A stretch of 62,425 nt of DNA, counting the filler, from Collodictyon triciliatum (taxonomy: Eukaryota): the NCBI GenBank assembly GCA_043381765.1. It is 4 parts of 4 records of this genome, joined end to end, with 100 filler letters (N's around TTAATTAATTAA, not from the genome) between each part and the next. Parts side by side here need not be neighbours in the genome. Positions count along the whole stretch, not along the records: positions 44,548 to 56,581 come from JBHJMP010001285.1; positions 56,682 to 62,425 come from JBHJMP010001293.1; 2 more parts are not named here. One strand, written 5' to 3'. Below, one piece after another: positions 51,601 through 62,425 of this stretch; positions within the stretch are counted from its first letter, which is position 1, and the number at the start of each line of letters is the position of its first letter. The notes below the pieces were generated by a model. The model was not told where the DNA came from. It was given only the letters and a program-made list of their open reading frames with translations, and made no database searches. The position numbers and the translations under genes are program-made.

Positions 51601-53775
51601 CTCTACCCTTGATTTACTTTTAATTAATATATTACAGTTACCCAATTCAGCACAATGAGATCTTCAAATAAACAACCATTACGTATAAATCAATTTGAAT
51701 TCCTTTTTATTCTTTTGTTTATTTGTCTTCGAAACACATCGCAACAAATGTCTTTTTGGATGTAGAATCGTATTATATGTTGAAATAAAATAAATCTAAC
51801 AAAGCTCAAATGATGTATAATTCTAGAAAAAGACGAGGTTGATTTTGTTATGATTAATACCGGGTAAGGAATCGTTTTCTCTAATACATGTCATATGTAA
51901 AGTATTTATCGCATGATTCCCCCTGCATATCTTTTAATTTTCTCGCAGACAGTGAGAAAAAAAAACCGATAGGTTTTTGTGTTCTTGTAGAGATGACTCA
52001 GAAGAGGAATATTTCCATCATTACCATGTAGGGATGGAGATGTGGAAGTGCAAGAAACTGTGCCGTTCTTTTCATCTGACAGCATAACACAGACCATCAC
52101 TGAATCGCAACGAAGAGTGGCCTTAATCACTGAAGAGATGAAAAAACTAAAGGTGTACAATTTTTCCCTATTACACATTCGCTGCAATTCATAGCCTTCC
52201 AATTTATATCTAAGCGACGTGTCTCGCCGCTATTTTACATTATTATTTTTTAAAAAAAGTTTGAGTTAAAAGATGGCGATAGCCAAATGTCAACCTAAAA
52301 TCCAACTTTAACAAACATGAAGGACTTGCAAGTTACTGTGAAGACCCAAGGGCAGTCTATAGACCAATTGTATGTCCTGCTGGAAAAGTCCGTGGTTCAC
52401 ATAGAGTTGATTAACCAAAATCAAAAGAAATCGTCGAAAGAACTTTTGGATCAGTTCGAGGTTTGCGGGTTTTTTTTGTATATTTTTACCTCTCGTTTAT
52501 TTGTGCCTTTCAGTTTGTGAGTGGGGAAGCTTTTATCATTATCATCACCATCACCATCACTATTACTATTATTACCACTATCACTATTATTTCTAATTAA
52601 AAATAAAAGGATGAGCGATTTTTTTTTCACTTTGACAAACATGCATATTTGATGCTTAGCGTGTTTCCTTTTTCTACCCATATTCACCTTGATACTAAAA
52701 ATGTAGCCAATAGCCAAAAACATGTCTAAATCGACATCAGAGCTTAACGAAACAAATACAATCTACATGAGTCGAGTCAACCAAAGGTTCCAAAAGATTC
52801 AGACTCAGTTGAACAATGTAATAAATTTTTAGCTATTAATTTGAAAGAAAAGAAAAGAAGAAAAAAGGAATAGCAATAGTTCCCTCCTGTATTCACCGAA
52901 ATGTTCAGTCTCATCCTATTTTCGAATCCTATTGAAGATGTATATAGTATTCGATATTCCTCACACTTTTCTCTTTGTGATATTTTTTCTGGTCAGTGAA
53001 CCTTGCCTTTTTGTCTGCTGATAAACTAACAATATTAGCTACACGACCACCTGCAATCCGTCAATCTCCAAGGGAACCCTGTGATAAATACCCTAATATT
53101 GGTCTTGTCTCCTTTAGCAGCATGTTTGGATTGATTATAACCCTTTCCGGGTATCAATATCTAAACACAGTTAAAAGTTTTCATTTTTGTACTAAAAGAA
53201 AGATGTAAGCCAAGAAAGAATGGCGAAGCATAAGCCTTTAATTATAAAAATTTAAAATTATTTACAAAATACAGTGATCATATTCCTGACAACGTACATC
53301 GTGCTGTTTGCTACATTTATCAAGCAAAAGACTTCTACATTTGCTTCATTTTCGTCAGGGGATGGAACGGACTCAGATGTACTCTCATCCACAAAAGCCC
53401 CCAGCGACGAAGAAGGTGAGTTAATCGCTTGCTTTATAGTTACTTTCAGAGACCAAATCCTGAAAACAAAGGTGGCCGGATGGCATTCGGAATGCAAGGA
53501 TGAAGAGACCTCTACAACATTAATATGCTGCCGTGTATGTGGTAATTTTTTTAATTTTTTTTTTAGCGGATGTATTTGAAGACGCAATCGACAGTAGAGT
53601 TGATGAAGCAGCAGTGCAGAGTTCAAGTAGAGTACGTCTCTCACAATTCACGTCCCGCACAACGTCAGCAGCATCTCGGAGAGAGAATGCAATGGCAGGG
53701 GAGTCTGGATTTGCTATGTACAAGTCAACCAAAGCGGATTCAACGGATGAAACAAGCGATGATGCAGATGATTGA
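48621..53775 (+). CDS. Hypothetical multi-exon protein with a coiled-coil region, a hydrophobic (TM) segment and an acidic tail
   Basis: Chain of phase-compatible GT-AG exons: MTEQRNKYLLSSEELQALFD..., RRVALITEEMKKLK/DLQVTVKTQGQSIDQLYVLLEK, MFGLIITLSG/VIIFLTTYIVLFATFI, ending TDETSDDADD*. Confidence 0.7.
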
Positions 53776-55075
53776 ATGATGTGCAAGCTATGACACAACT
53801 TATTCAAAGGCGGCGTTTGTCCTAAGGTATTTAATTGTTGCAAAGTCCGGCGCATGAAGACATTTACCGTGTTATTTGTTCATAGGATACTGGAACAACC
53901 AGTCATAGGTTCTGTTTTCAATAGATAATGCCCTTCTCTTGGGTCAAGGACCAATTGCTATTGTGTATCATTTTTTTTTTTTATTGATGAGGTTGGAATG
54001 AAGCTGAAAATAAAGAAAAATGCTTGATTTAGACAAAAGAGAAATAAAGAAGAAAAGATGGCTCGCTCTTCTCAAGGTATTCGCATACGCATCCAGTGCT
54101 CTCTGCGCAAGAGAACATGTTCTATGACTTCTTATCTAATAAAGCCCAAAACGAAATGAAGCCAAGCTTATTCATACAAACAGTTTTTATCATCTAGAAC
54201 TTATGAGATTACATAGCATCCAAGGTAAAATCATACCTTGCAAGGATGTCGGTCTATTTGCCCCTGNNNNNNNNNNNNNNNNNNNNNNNNNNNNNNNNNN
54301 NNNNNNNNNNNNNNNNNNNNNNNNNNNNNNNNNNNNNNNNNNNNNNNNNNNNNNNNNNNNNNNNNNNNNNNNNNNNNNNNNNNNNNNNNNNNNNNNNNNN
54401 NNNNNNNNNNNNNNNNNNNNNNNNNNNNNNNNNNNNNNNNNNNNNNNNNNNNNNNNNNNNNNNNNNNNNNNNNNNNNNNNNNNNNNNNNNNNNNNNNNNN
54501 NNNNNNNNNNNNNNNNNNNNNNNNNNNNNNNNNNNNNNNNNNNNNNNNNNNNNNNNNNNNNNNNNNNNNNNNNNNNNNNNNNNNNNNNNNNNNNNNNNNN
54601 NNNNNNNNNNNNNNNNNNNNNNNNNNNNNNNNNNNNNNNNNNNNNNNNNNNNNNNNNNNNNNNNNNNNNNNNNNNNNNNNNNNNNNNNNNNNNNNNNNNN
54701 NNNNNNNNNNNNNNNNNNNNNNNNNNNNNNNNNNNNNNNNNNNNNNNNNNNNNNNNNNNNNNNNNNNNNNNNNNNNNNNNNNNNNNNNNNNNNNNNNNNN
54801 NNNNNNNNNNNNNNNNNNNNNNNNNNNNNNNNNNNNNNNNNNNNNNNNNNNNNNNNNNNNNNNNNNNNNNNNNNNNNNNNNNNNNNNNNNNNNNNNNNNN
54901 NNNNAAAAAAAAGCAAGAGTAAATGACCCACAAGAAAAAGCGAACGGAAATAACAAAAGTAAAAAAGAAAAAAGAAAAAAGAAAAAAGAAAAAAAGAAAA
55001 AAAAGAAAAAAGTAAAAAAAAGTAAAGAAAAAAAAGAAAAAAAAGGAAGAACAAGTTAAAAGAAGCCAACCAAAC

Positions 55076-55165
55076 CGGTTCTCTTGACTTTGCTATGCGT
55101 AAGAAGGATCGGTACAGGGACAGGACTTGCTTCTGCATCCCAGAAAGGCGCTTGGAGGAGCTCAT
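55076..55165 (-). CDS. SDHAF1: Succinate dehydrogenase assembly factor 1 (Sdh6, LYR-motif protein), exon 1; remainder probably in the N gap
   Basis: MSSSKRLSGMQKQVLSLYRSFLRIAKSREP followed by a GT donor; RLSGxQKQVLSLYR is characteristic of SDHAF1/Sdh6. Confidence 0.8.
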
Positions 55166-56581
55166 CTGTAGGCGTTATGAATAATTAATTGGCGTCCTCA
55201 TTCCTTTTTCCTGAGGCAGAAGGGCGGGCGGAGCAGTAAAATGGTGCTGTGTGTGTTTGCTTCTGCCTGGAAATGCAGCAAAGGGAAAATTTATACCGCA
55301 CACCGAAGTTGTGTATGCGTATTTAGTCCTGGACACATCTCTATAAACATCTGAACCTTCTGCTGCTTTAAGCTATGCTGTCGCACTAGCATGCCAAACG
55401 CGATGAAAGAAGAGCACTTATTACAATCCGGATTCTACCATAATCAAGTTGGATGGGCTTGGGTCGAACTAGTCCGCACAATAATTTGTCTCAATGGCAT
55501 ATACGCGCTGAATTCACCAGTTGGACATGTCCATATCGCATATCCAGGGTCATATTGCGTACTCGCCTCACGGCACACGACAAGAATATGCTGTCATGAT
55601 ATTAAATAGCTTGCTCATATATTTATACACGAAATATAAACACACTGCAAAATAATTGGGTTGCGAAAGATGTAAAATGTGGTCTGTTTATACATGGCAT
55701 GGGGTGTGCTTTTGTCACTTTGGTTTAAATACTTATACAAAACACGTAAAACTTTAGCACTCTTGGTAATGTTTAATAATAAATATCAAGGGATTACAAA
55801 TTTGTGGGAAAGGTTTCATAGTTGTGTATGTAACAAACCTGATTTATTCCTTTGCATAGACATGTACGTTCCTTTTGTGCACAACAGGCTTCAGGCGAAT
55901 AAAATGCGATTTTGTTCATGAATTTCATGCAAGACATTTTTATACATGATTGTAGCGGGCACACACGTTAGCAACTAAAGGATTATAGTTTGACAATATG
56001 TTATTTAATATCAAGGCGTTCTTTCACGAATTAAATATTTATTATATATTTATATCAGGTTAGGGTTATTGATGCCTACTTTTTCGAAATCTTAAAACAA
56101 AATTAATCATGCTAAGGTCTTGGAAGCAAATTAGGGTGCACTTTTTTTTTTAAAAAAAAAGTAATGATTATTGCTATATCCCTTTCAGTCATGAGAGATT
56201 GCTGGATACATGATATGGATTAGTTATTTTTTTTTTTATTGTTCCTTTTAATTTGTGCAAGATGGTAGAGTTGTTGGTATCGATTCGTTGGTTATCGTTT
56301 GCACGGACACTACTTGGTGGCCGGGTGGTGGAGAAGTAGTCAGTAATCAGGAGTTGCATCCTGCGGTTTGGCTTGTAGGCTGGGTCTTGTGCTTGCATGA
56401 GGGAGACAAGGTGAGGTTGAATATCCTTCTCAGCCTCTTTCCACATGTCTCATCTCACAGGGTCTGAGTAGTAGAGAATGTGCAGGTGGCGAAGAAAGCT
56501 ATTGAGGAAAGAGATTTGTATGATGTCATCCAGTCTATTATCAGGAATGGGTGGCTGGTTGTTGAGTCTTGCTTTGCGTGA

Positions 56582-56681
56582 NNNNNNNNNNNNNNNNNNN
56601 NNNNNNNNNNNNNNNNNNNNNNNNNTTAATTAATTAANNNNNNNNNNNNNNNNNNNNNNNNNNNNNNNNNNNNNNNNNNNN
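56582..56681. other. artificial contig spacer
   Basis: TTAATTAATTAA at 56626-56637 within 100 bp of N. Confidence 0.95.
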
Positions 56682-56800
56682 AGAATGCGAATGATGAGTT
56701 TTGATTGATGATGGTGATGATAATGTGAGTTGATAAAATAGAAAGAAAAGAATAAGTTTTGCAATATCGAGTTCGTGGTTAGAATGGGGATGTTGTTTAC

Positions 56801-58432
56801 CTCCCAATCAAGAGACTTGTCGGTTTGTTTGTCTGGATGGTAGTTTACTATTGCATCTCGAAGGACGATTTTCATGTTGGAAGAATTTAGTACCTCTGGA
56901 AGGGTAGTTGGAGTTTTCCCTCTTGGTGGGTGTGTTTTGTAAATGAATCTAATAAAGGCAGTATCATCTCGTTGTTGGTTGATGACATCAAGAACAGTCT
57001 TTAGACGGGCTTTTGTTGTTAATTTTTCTTCGGACTTTTCTTGTTCCTCGCGCGCAATAATTTTTTGGCGATGTTCCTCAATATTTTTTTGTGCATCAGA
57101 GTACCAAACATCTCCGTGAAAGTTGCGGGGTTTGAGAGTCTCAGCCAATTGAATGGCGTGCAAGCTAAATCGATGACCTCGTTCAAAATCCTTAAGAATC
57201 TGGTCAAGAAAACAGACTGAATCAAATATATGTATATACATTTACTACAAGAAATTATAAAAAAAAAAAAATCTAGGCATGCTCGTGTTTCATATCAAAG
57301 GCAATTATCATGTCAGTATTTTCATTAAGGAAAAAACCTTGCTGTAAATATACCCAATACGGGCATTGCAGATTGCCTCAAGTTCAATGTCATAATCACG
57401 TGTCTTTGTGATTGCTCCCCGAAAAAAGTCGATTGACTGAAGAATTATCATTACAGTTTTGTTATGTGATAAGATAAAGAAAAAAGAAAAAAAGGTCCAG
57501 AACTAAGCTTGTCATTCCAACCATAATTTTCCAAAGAAAAAGAAGAAAAAGGGCGAGTTGGCAATATTTTCATTCCTAAATTATATTTCATCTTTCAAAG
57601 CACTCACATTCCAAACCAGCTCCATATTCAACTCATCAGACTGGCACAGTGCTCTCTGCAGCAAGTCCTCGGCAGTAAAATGATCTCCATAGGAAGAAAC
57701 TCGATGCTGCATCTGCTCCACATCACTGCACACTTCATGCAACTCATCAGAAACTAGAATATCTCCACGCGGTGCAAAAGACATGGCCTTGTTAATAGCG
57801 TACTGGGCACTAGATAATATTCTCTGTAGATCGTTTACTTTCTCCACAGGAAAATTGGTTCCTTGTGCTCTATCTGCTTTGGAGACAGCCTGAAGAAAAT
57901 ACATGCGTGCGATTTTAGCATGGACAAGTGCAGCTGTTCGAAACTTTGCTGATCGCCCAGTCGGTATTCCCAGGCCACTGATGATTTTTTCGTAGATAGG
58001 CAGTTTCTCTGCGTTTGGAAGGCTTTTGATGACTTCCCATTCAAAAATAATCTCACGGAGATGCTCGTCGGTGGCCTTGGTGAATCCATCACGCCAGGCA
58101 TCGTCCTTTGCATCAAAAGAGCGCTCAATCGCCAGTAAAAACAATCGTAAGGAGCTCTGGATGTATTCAAAAGGACTGGCCACAGACGGGCTCATGTCCG
58201 GCTCCTCCATCATCAGACGAATCCAGCGAAGGCGGGCGATAACCAGGTTCTTGTTTGCAGAGCAGAACTCATCAGGCGTCTTTGCGAGGGAAATCGCCCT
58301 TTCATAGAGGGTCACTGCTTTTTGATAGCGCGGACTGCGAACAGACGCAGCAACCCAAATGTCGTTTGCCCGCTCCAGCATCCGGTTTCCTTCCTCGCGG
58401 ACCGTGGTTGATGAAGTGCTTGCGGAGGCCAT
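56801..58432 (-). CDS. TPR/helical-repeat protein with a C-terminal J-domain-like HPD motif; 3' end cut by contig end
   Basis: VREEGNRMLERA..YQKAVTLYERAISLA..SANKNL (TPR-like); ELEAICNARIGYIYSK; FIRFIYKTHPP..KIVLRDAIVNYHPDKQTDKSLDWE followed by a GT donor. Confidence 0.75.
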
Positions 58433-59229
58433 TGCGCTGATGAGCTTTCGTCCTTTTCTATGCGATTTGGTGATCGGTTACGATACGGGTGATGGCGAGT
58501 GCATCGACATGTGAATGACAAGAGCAGGCGATACGACCATGTTCCGGGTGTTTGAAGTGCAATAAGACACACGTCACTCGCTTCCAATCAATAACCACTG
58601 ACGAAAACGGCAACATTGGATCTAAGAGATAAGAATGATGATATATTAAGCATATTTTTGTAATTATAAATGATTTATAAGCAATTACTAGAAAATAAAT
58701 GCATTTTAGTATGTATTCCACATATGTATATGGTTTTATGGAAGCCATTTTTTTTATGGAATCTCGAAGCAGCAGAGATTGACTTCCGCGAGCGAAGAAA
58801 ACACGGGGCGAGTGACATCGAGAATAAGGGGGTTGCCAGGATATTCTTTCCGGCAGTGCATCGATCAATCCTGTGGATAATCGGCGCGCAGATACGCAGC
58901 CATACGAAAAGCAAAGCAAAACCTCAAAGGCGGAAAACAAAAAGCTAGCACCGATCGCTCTTCCCTTCTTTTCTTTGCATCGTTATGTATAAATCGTAGT
59001 ATTTCCCCCCTTTTTTTTTTTCCCCCGTTTGTTTGTATATATTGTGGTATTTAATATGGCTTCCTCTTAAAAAAAAGAAGTTTGGTTTCAACCTTTGTCA
59101 CTCGTACTTTCTTTTATTTTAACTTTCATATTGAGGTTCACTGTCTCAGTTTCAGCCACGTTATTCATGTTTGATCTAGGAATTTTATTCAGTAATTCCT
59201 TTTTTTTTTTTATTTCCGAAGAAACCAAC

Positions 59230-62200
59230 ATGGGAGCGTCGTGTGGTACGTCAAGAAAGCGGCTTGTTCCTGTGGAAGACGACCCTGACTCTATGGCTTT
59301 TCGGGTGAGATGCTCGCGAGAATCCAACAAGGTTTGCTCTTATTTGAACAGTTGCATTTTTTTTCTCTTGACAAAACAAAACACAACAAAACAAAAGAAA
59401 ACAAAAGAAAACAAAAGAAAACAAAAGAAAACAAAAGAAAACAAAAGAAAACATTAGAAAATACAACAAAACACAACAAAACACAACAAAACACAACAAA
59501 ACACAACAAAACACAACAAAACACAACAAAACACAACAAAACACAACAAAACACAACAAAACACAACAAAACACAAGAAATCAAAAGAAATCAAAAGAAA
59601 TCAAAAGAAAACAAAAGAAAACAAAAGAAAACACAAAAAACACAAAAAACACAAAAAACACAAGAAAACACAAGAAAACACAAGAAAACACAAGAAAACG
59701 CAAGAAAACAAAGGAAAACAAAGGAAAACATCAGAAAACACAACATAACACAACAAAACACAACAAAACAAAAGAAAACAAAACAAAAGAAAACAAAACA
59801 AAACACAAGAAATCAAAAGAAATCAAAAGAAAACAAAAGAAATCAAAAGAAAACAAAAGAAAACAAAAGAAAACAAAAGAAAACAAAAGAAAACAAAAGA
59901 AAATAAAAGAAAACAAAGGAAAACAAAGGAAAACAAAGGAAAACAAAAGAAAACAAAAGAAAACAAAAGAAAACAAAAGAAAACAAAAGAAAACAAAAGA
60001 AAACAAAAGAAAACACAAGAAAACATTAGAAAACATTAGAAAACATTAGAAAACATTAGAAAACATTAGAAAACATTAGAAAACATTAGAAAATACAAGA
60101 AAACAAAAGAAAACACAAGAAAACACAAGAAAACACAAGAAAACACAAGAAATCAAAAGAAAACACAAAAAACACAAAAAACACAAAAAAACACAAAAAA
60201 ACACAAAAAAACACAAAAAAACACAAAAAAACACAAAAAAACACCAAAAAAGGAAAACAATTGGACTCTTAAAAGTTTGAATATGTCTCCTATCCATTCA
60301 CACTTGCAACAGTTTCTTAATTGAATCATGAAAAGTCTGCTACAAATGATTTCTTATCCTTTTTTTTATTTTTAGCTAGATGCACATGGAGAATCATTGA
60401 CAGAATATCCGAAAGAGTTTATGGATGCCAGTCATTTGCGAATACTAAACCTTGGAGCAAACAAACTTTCTACACTTCCTTCTATTGTATCAGTACTTGT
60501 AAATCTGGAGGATTTTCAAGTAAAAAGAAAAACAGCATCTATGTTTAGCACCCTTTTCTTTTGTAAACATGTATAAAGTTCTCGTATCTTCAAATCCTTA
60601 TGAAATCGGTGGTGAACAATCTGTATACTTGTGACTCCCTTAATTCAAATTCTTCTTCCATTAAATATATGCCTCGTGTGTTACATAAATATCTCTAGTA
60701 TTGATTTATGCAAATACTTCCATCAGTTGTTTGACAACGATTTGGAGCAGCTTCCATCCCAGATATCATCCTTGACGTCGATAAGAATCCTGAATATCAG
60801 CAACAATTCTCTCAGCTATATACCTAGAGAAATCGGCTGTTTAACATTACTCGCAGAACTGCTGCTGTGGGGAAATAACTTGGACTCACTACCTGATGAA
60901 ATAGGAAACGTCTGTAACATAACCTTACTTGATGGTTCGTACAATAGACTTAGCAGCCTACCTGCCACGCTTGGCCAGCTTTTAAAACTGAAGGCAATTG
61001 CGTTATATCGATTTGATATGATATGTTTTGTATTTTGACTCATGTTCCAAACATTTATGTTTCTTTGCTCAGAAGGTTCATCATTTTAAGGAAACTGTCT
61101 TAATTTAGCTTTCGTAGTAGATTTATGTGAAAGTTATATTCTAAGAAATCTATGCACAAATGTAGGATGTCAAGTTTTCTGGGAATCGCCTGACCTCTTT
61201 ACCAGCCTCTGTAGAAACTCTGACTTCCTTACTTTCAGCAGATTTTTCTCACAATCACCTGCATTCTATCTGTGCAGGTATATCTGCTTGGTCTAATGCT
61301 ATGAAACTAAATTTCAGAAGGAACAGAATCAGTTTTCTTCCTGATGAATTTGAGGGTTTATCTCACCTGGCTGAGTTGAATATCCAAAACAATCAAATAT
61401 CAAGCCTACCTGTGTCTATCTGCAAATTGCCCATCATAAAGCGTCTCATATTCACAGATAATAAGGTACTATCTCAATTTCGTGCTAAATTAGAGGCACT
61501 TTTTTTTTTTTTTTTTACTCTTCGAATAGCCACCGAACCACATGGAAACTTTAATATTTTAAACTGACCCTTTGTATGGACACCTTTTCTATATATTCCC
61601 TCATCCCCACCTAGGAACACATCGAATCACTATATTCATTCATTTAGTTGACAGCTCTTCCCGATGAAATGTCGAACATGAAAACGCTGAATATGCTTCT
61701 TGTTGACGAAAACCCCCTTGAGCATCTTCCAGACGGACTTTTTAACATAACTAGCTTGGCCTCTATTCAAGTATCAAGCCATAGGCTCAAGGTGTTGCCT
61801 TCTTCACTTCCATCATCGAAGAATATTTATATTCTCTCAGTTGTCGATGGAACTTTAGGTAGCATATTCTTTTAGATGCATATAAATGGTCACGTGAACC
61901 CGAGCATAATTCAAATTTACCAATGTCCTCTTCAAAAAACAACAACATGGGATAATGTATTTTGTGCTTTTAGAAAGCATGCCAGACACATTCTCATCAC
62001 CAATGAACAGACTGTGTAAAATCGACTTGTCAAAAAACCAGCTTACAAGTATATCTTCTCCCTTGGATGGATTGTTTAACATACAGGTGTGCAAGGACCT
62101 AGTCATGAAAAACAAAACTCTTGTATGCTGATATGTCTATAAAAAAAAAAAACGTGTCACCTACAATCATCTTATCAACCAAATTATCGTAGGACCTCAA

Positions 62201-62425
62201 ATTGTACCAAAACAGGTTGTCTAGCATACCCGATTCAATATCGGCATTAACTAACCTGCAGTACTTGAACATATACGAAAATCAAATCAGTGCTCTTCCC
62301 TTGTCACTTGGCGGGTAACAAATCTAACCTTCAATGTTTTCTCCCCCCCCCCCCCCCCCCTCCCCCCCCCCCCCCCCCCCACTCATGCCGCCCCATACAT
62401 CAATAAAAGTAAAACTACAAAAATA
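59230..62425 (+). CDS. Leucine-rich-repeat protein with an N-terminal MGASCG acylation motif; continues beyond the window
   Basis: Exon 1 MGASCGTSRKRLV..., then many LRR exons (LRILNLGANKLSTLP, IRILNISNNSLSYIPREIGCL, LAELNIQNNQISSLP, LQYLNIYENQISALP). Confidence 0.9.
59362..60250. repeat. About 900-bp complex 10-mer satellite (AAAAC-based variants) in intron 1 of the LRR gene
   Basis: Blocks of ACAAAAGAAA, ACACAACAAA, ACACAAGAAA, ACATTAGAAA, ACACAAAAAA and TCAAAAGAAA units. Confidence 0.93.

Noticed and set aside
54190-55059. ORFs of more than 200 aa across 54267-54904
   Set aside because: They consist of N-gap codons.
59310-60297. Lys/Thr/Gln-rich and Phe/Cys-rich ORFs
   Set aside because: Translations of the intronic 10-mer satellite.

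Overview
Intron-rich, AT-rich eukaryotic (protist-type) genomic DNA. It is four pieces joined by artificial 100-bp spacers (44 N + TTAATTAATTAA + 44 N at 24583-24682, 44448-44547 and 56582-56681), with further internal N gaps. Genes have many short, mostly GT-AG introns that often carry microsatellites. Recognisable genes are the SCAR/WAVE subunit Nap1/NCKAP1 (5' part outside the window), V-ATPase c'' (VMA16/ATP6V0B), two LRR proteins with N-myristoylation-type starts, IFT52, a multi-C2 protein with a CEP76/CC2D2A-type transglutaminase-like domain, a TPR-BTB-BTB protein, an SRF-type MADS-box factor, the golgin CASP/Coy1, partial NUDCD2 and SDHAF1, and a TPR protein with a C-terminal HPD motif. 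This gene set suggests a flagellated amoeboid protist, probably an amoebozoan (inference only). Two features stand out. (1) A decayed Fanzor1-type (eukaryotic TnpB-like, RNA-guided RuvC nuclease) element at about 39430-40191 on the minus strand, with five consecutive stem-loops just downstream where the omegaRNA is expected. (2) A GC-rich gene (core about 80% GC) at about 45764-47227 on the minus strand that appears to fuse an N-terminal SPX (inositol-pyrophosphate/phosphate-sensing) domain to a Velvet/Rel/CBP60-like DNA-binding domain, a candidate one-component phosphate-responsive transcription factor. Several GC-AG introns are also inferred. All assignments come from manual splicing and motif recall; no database searches were run.
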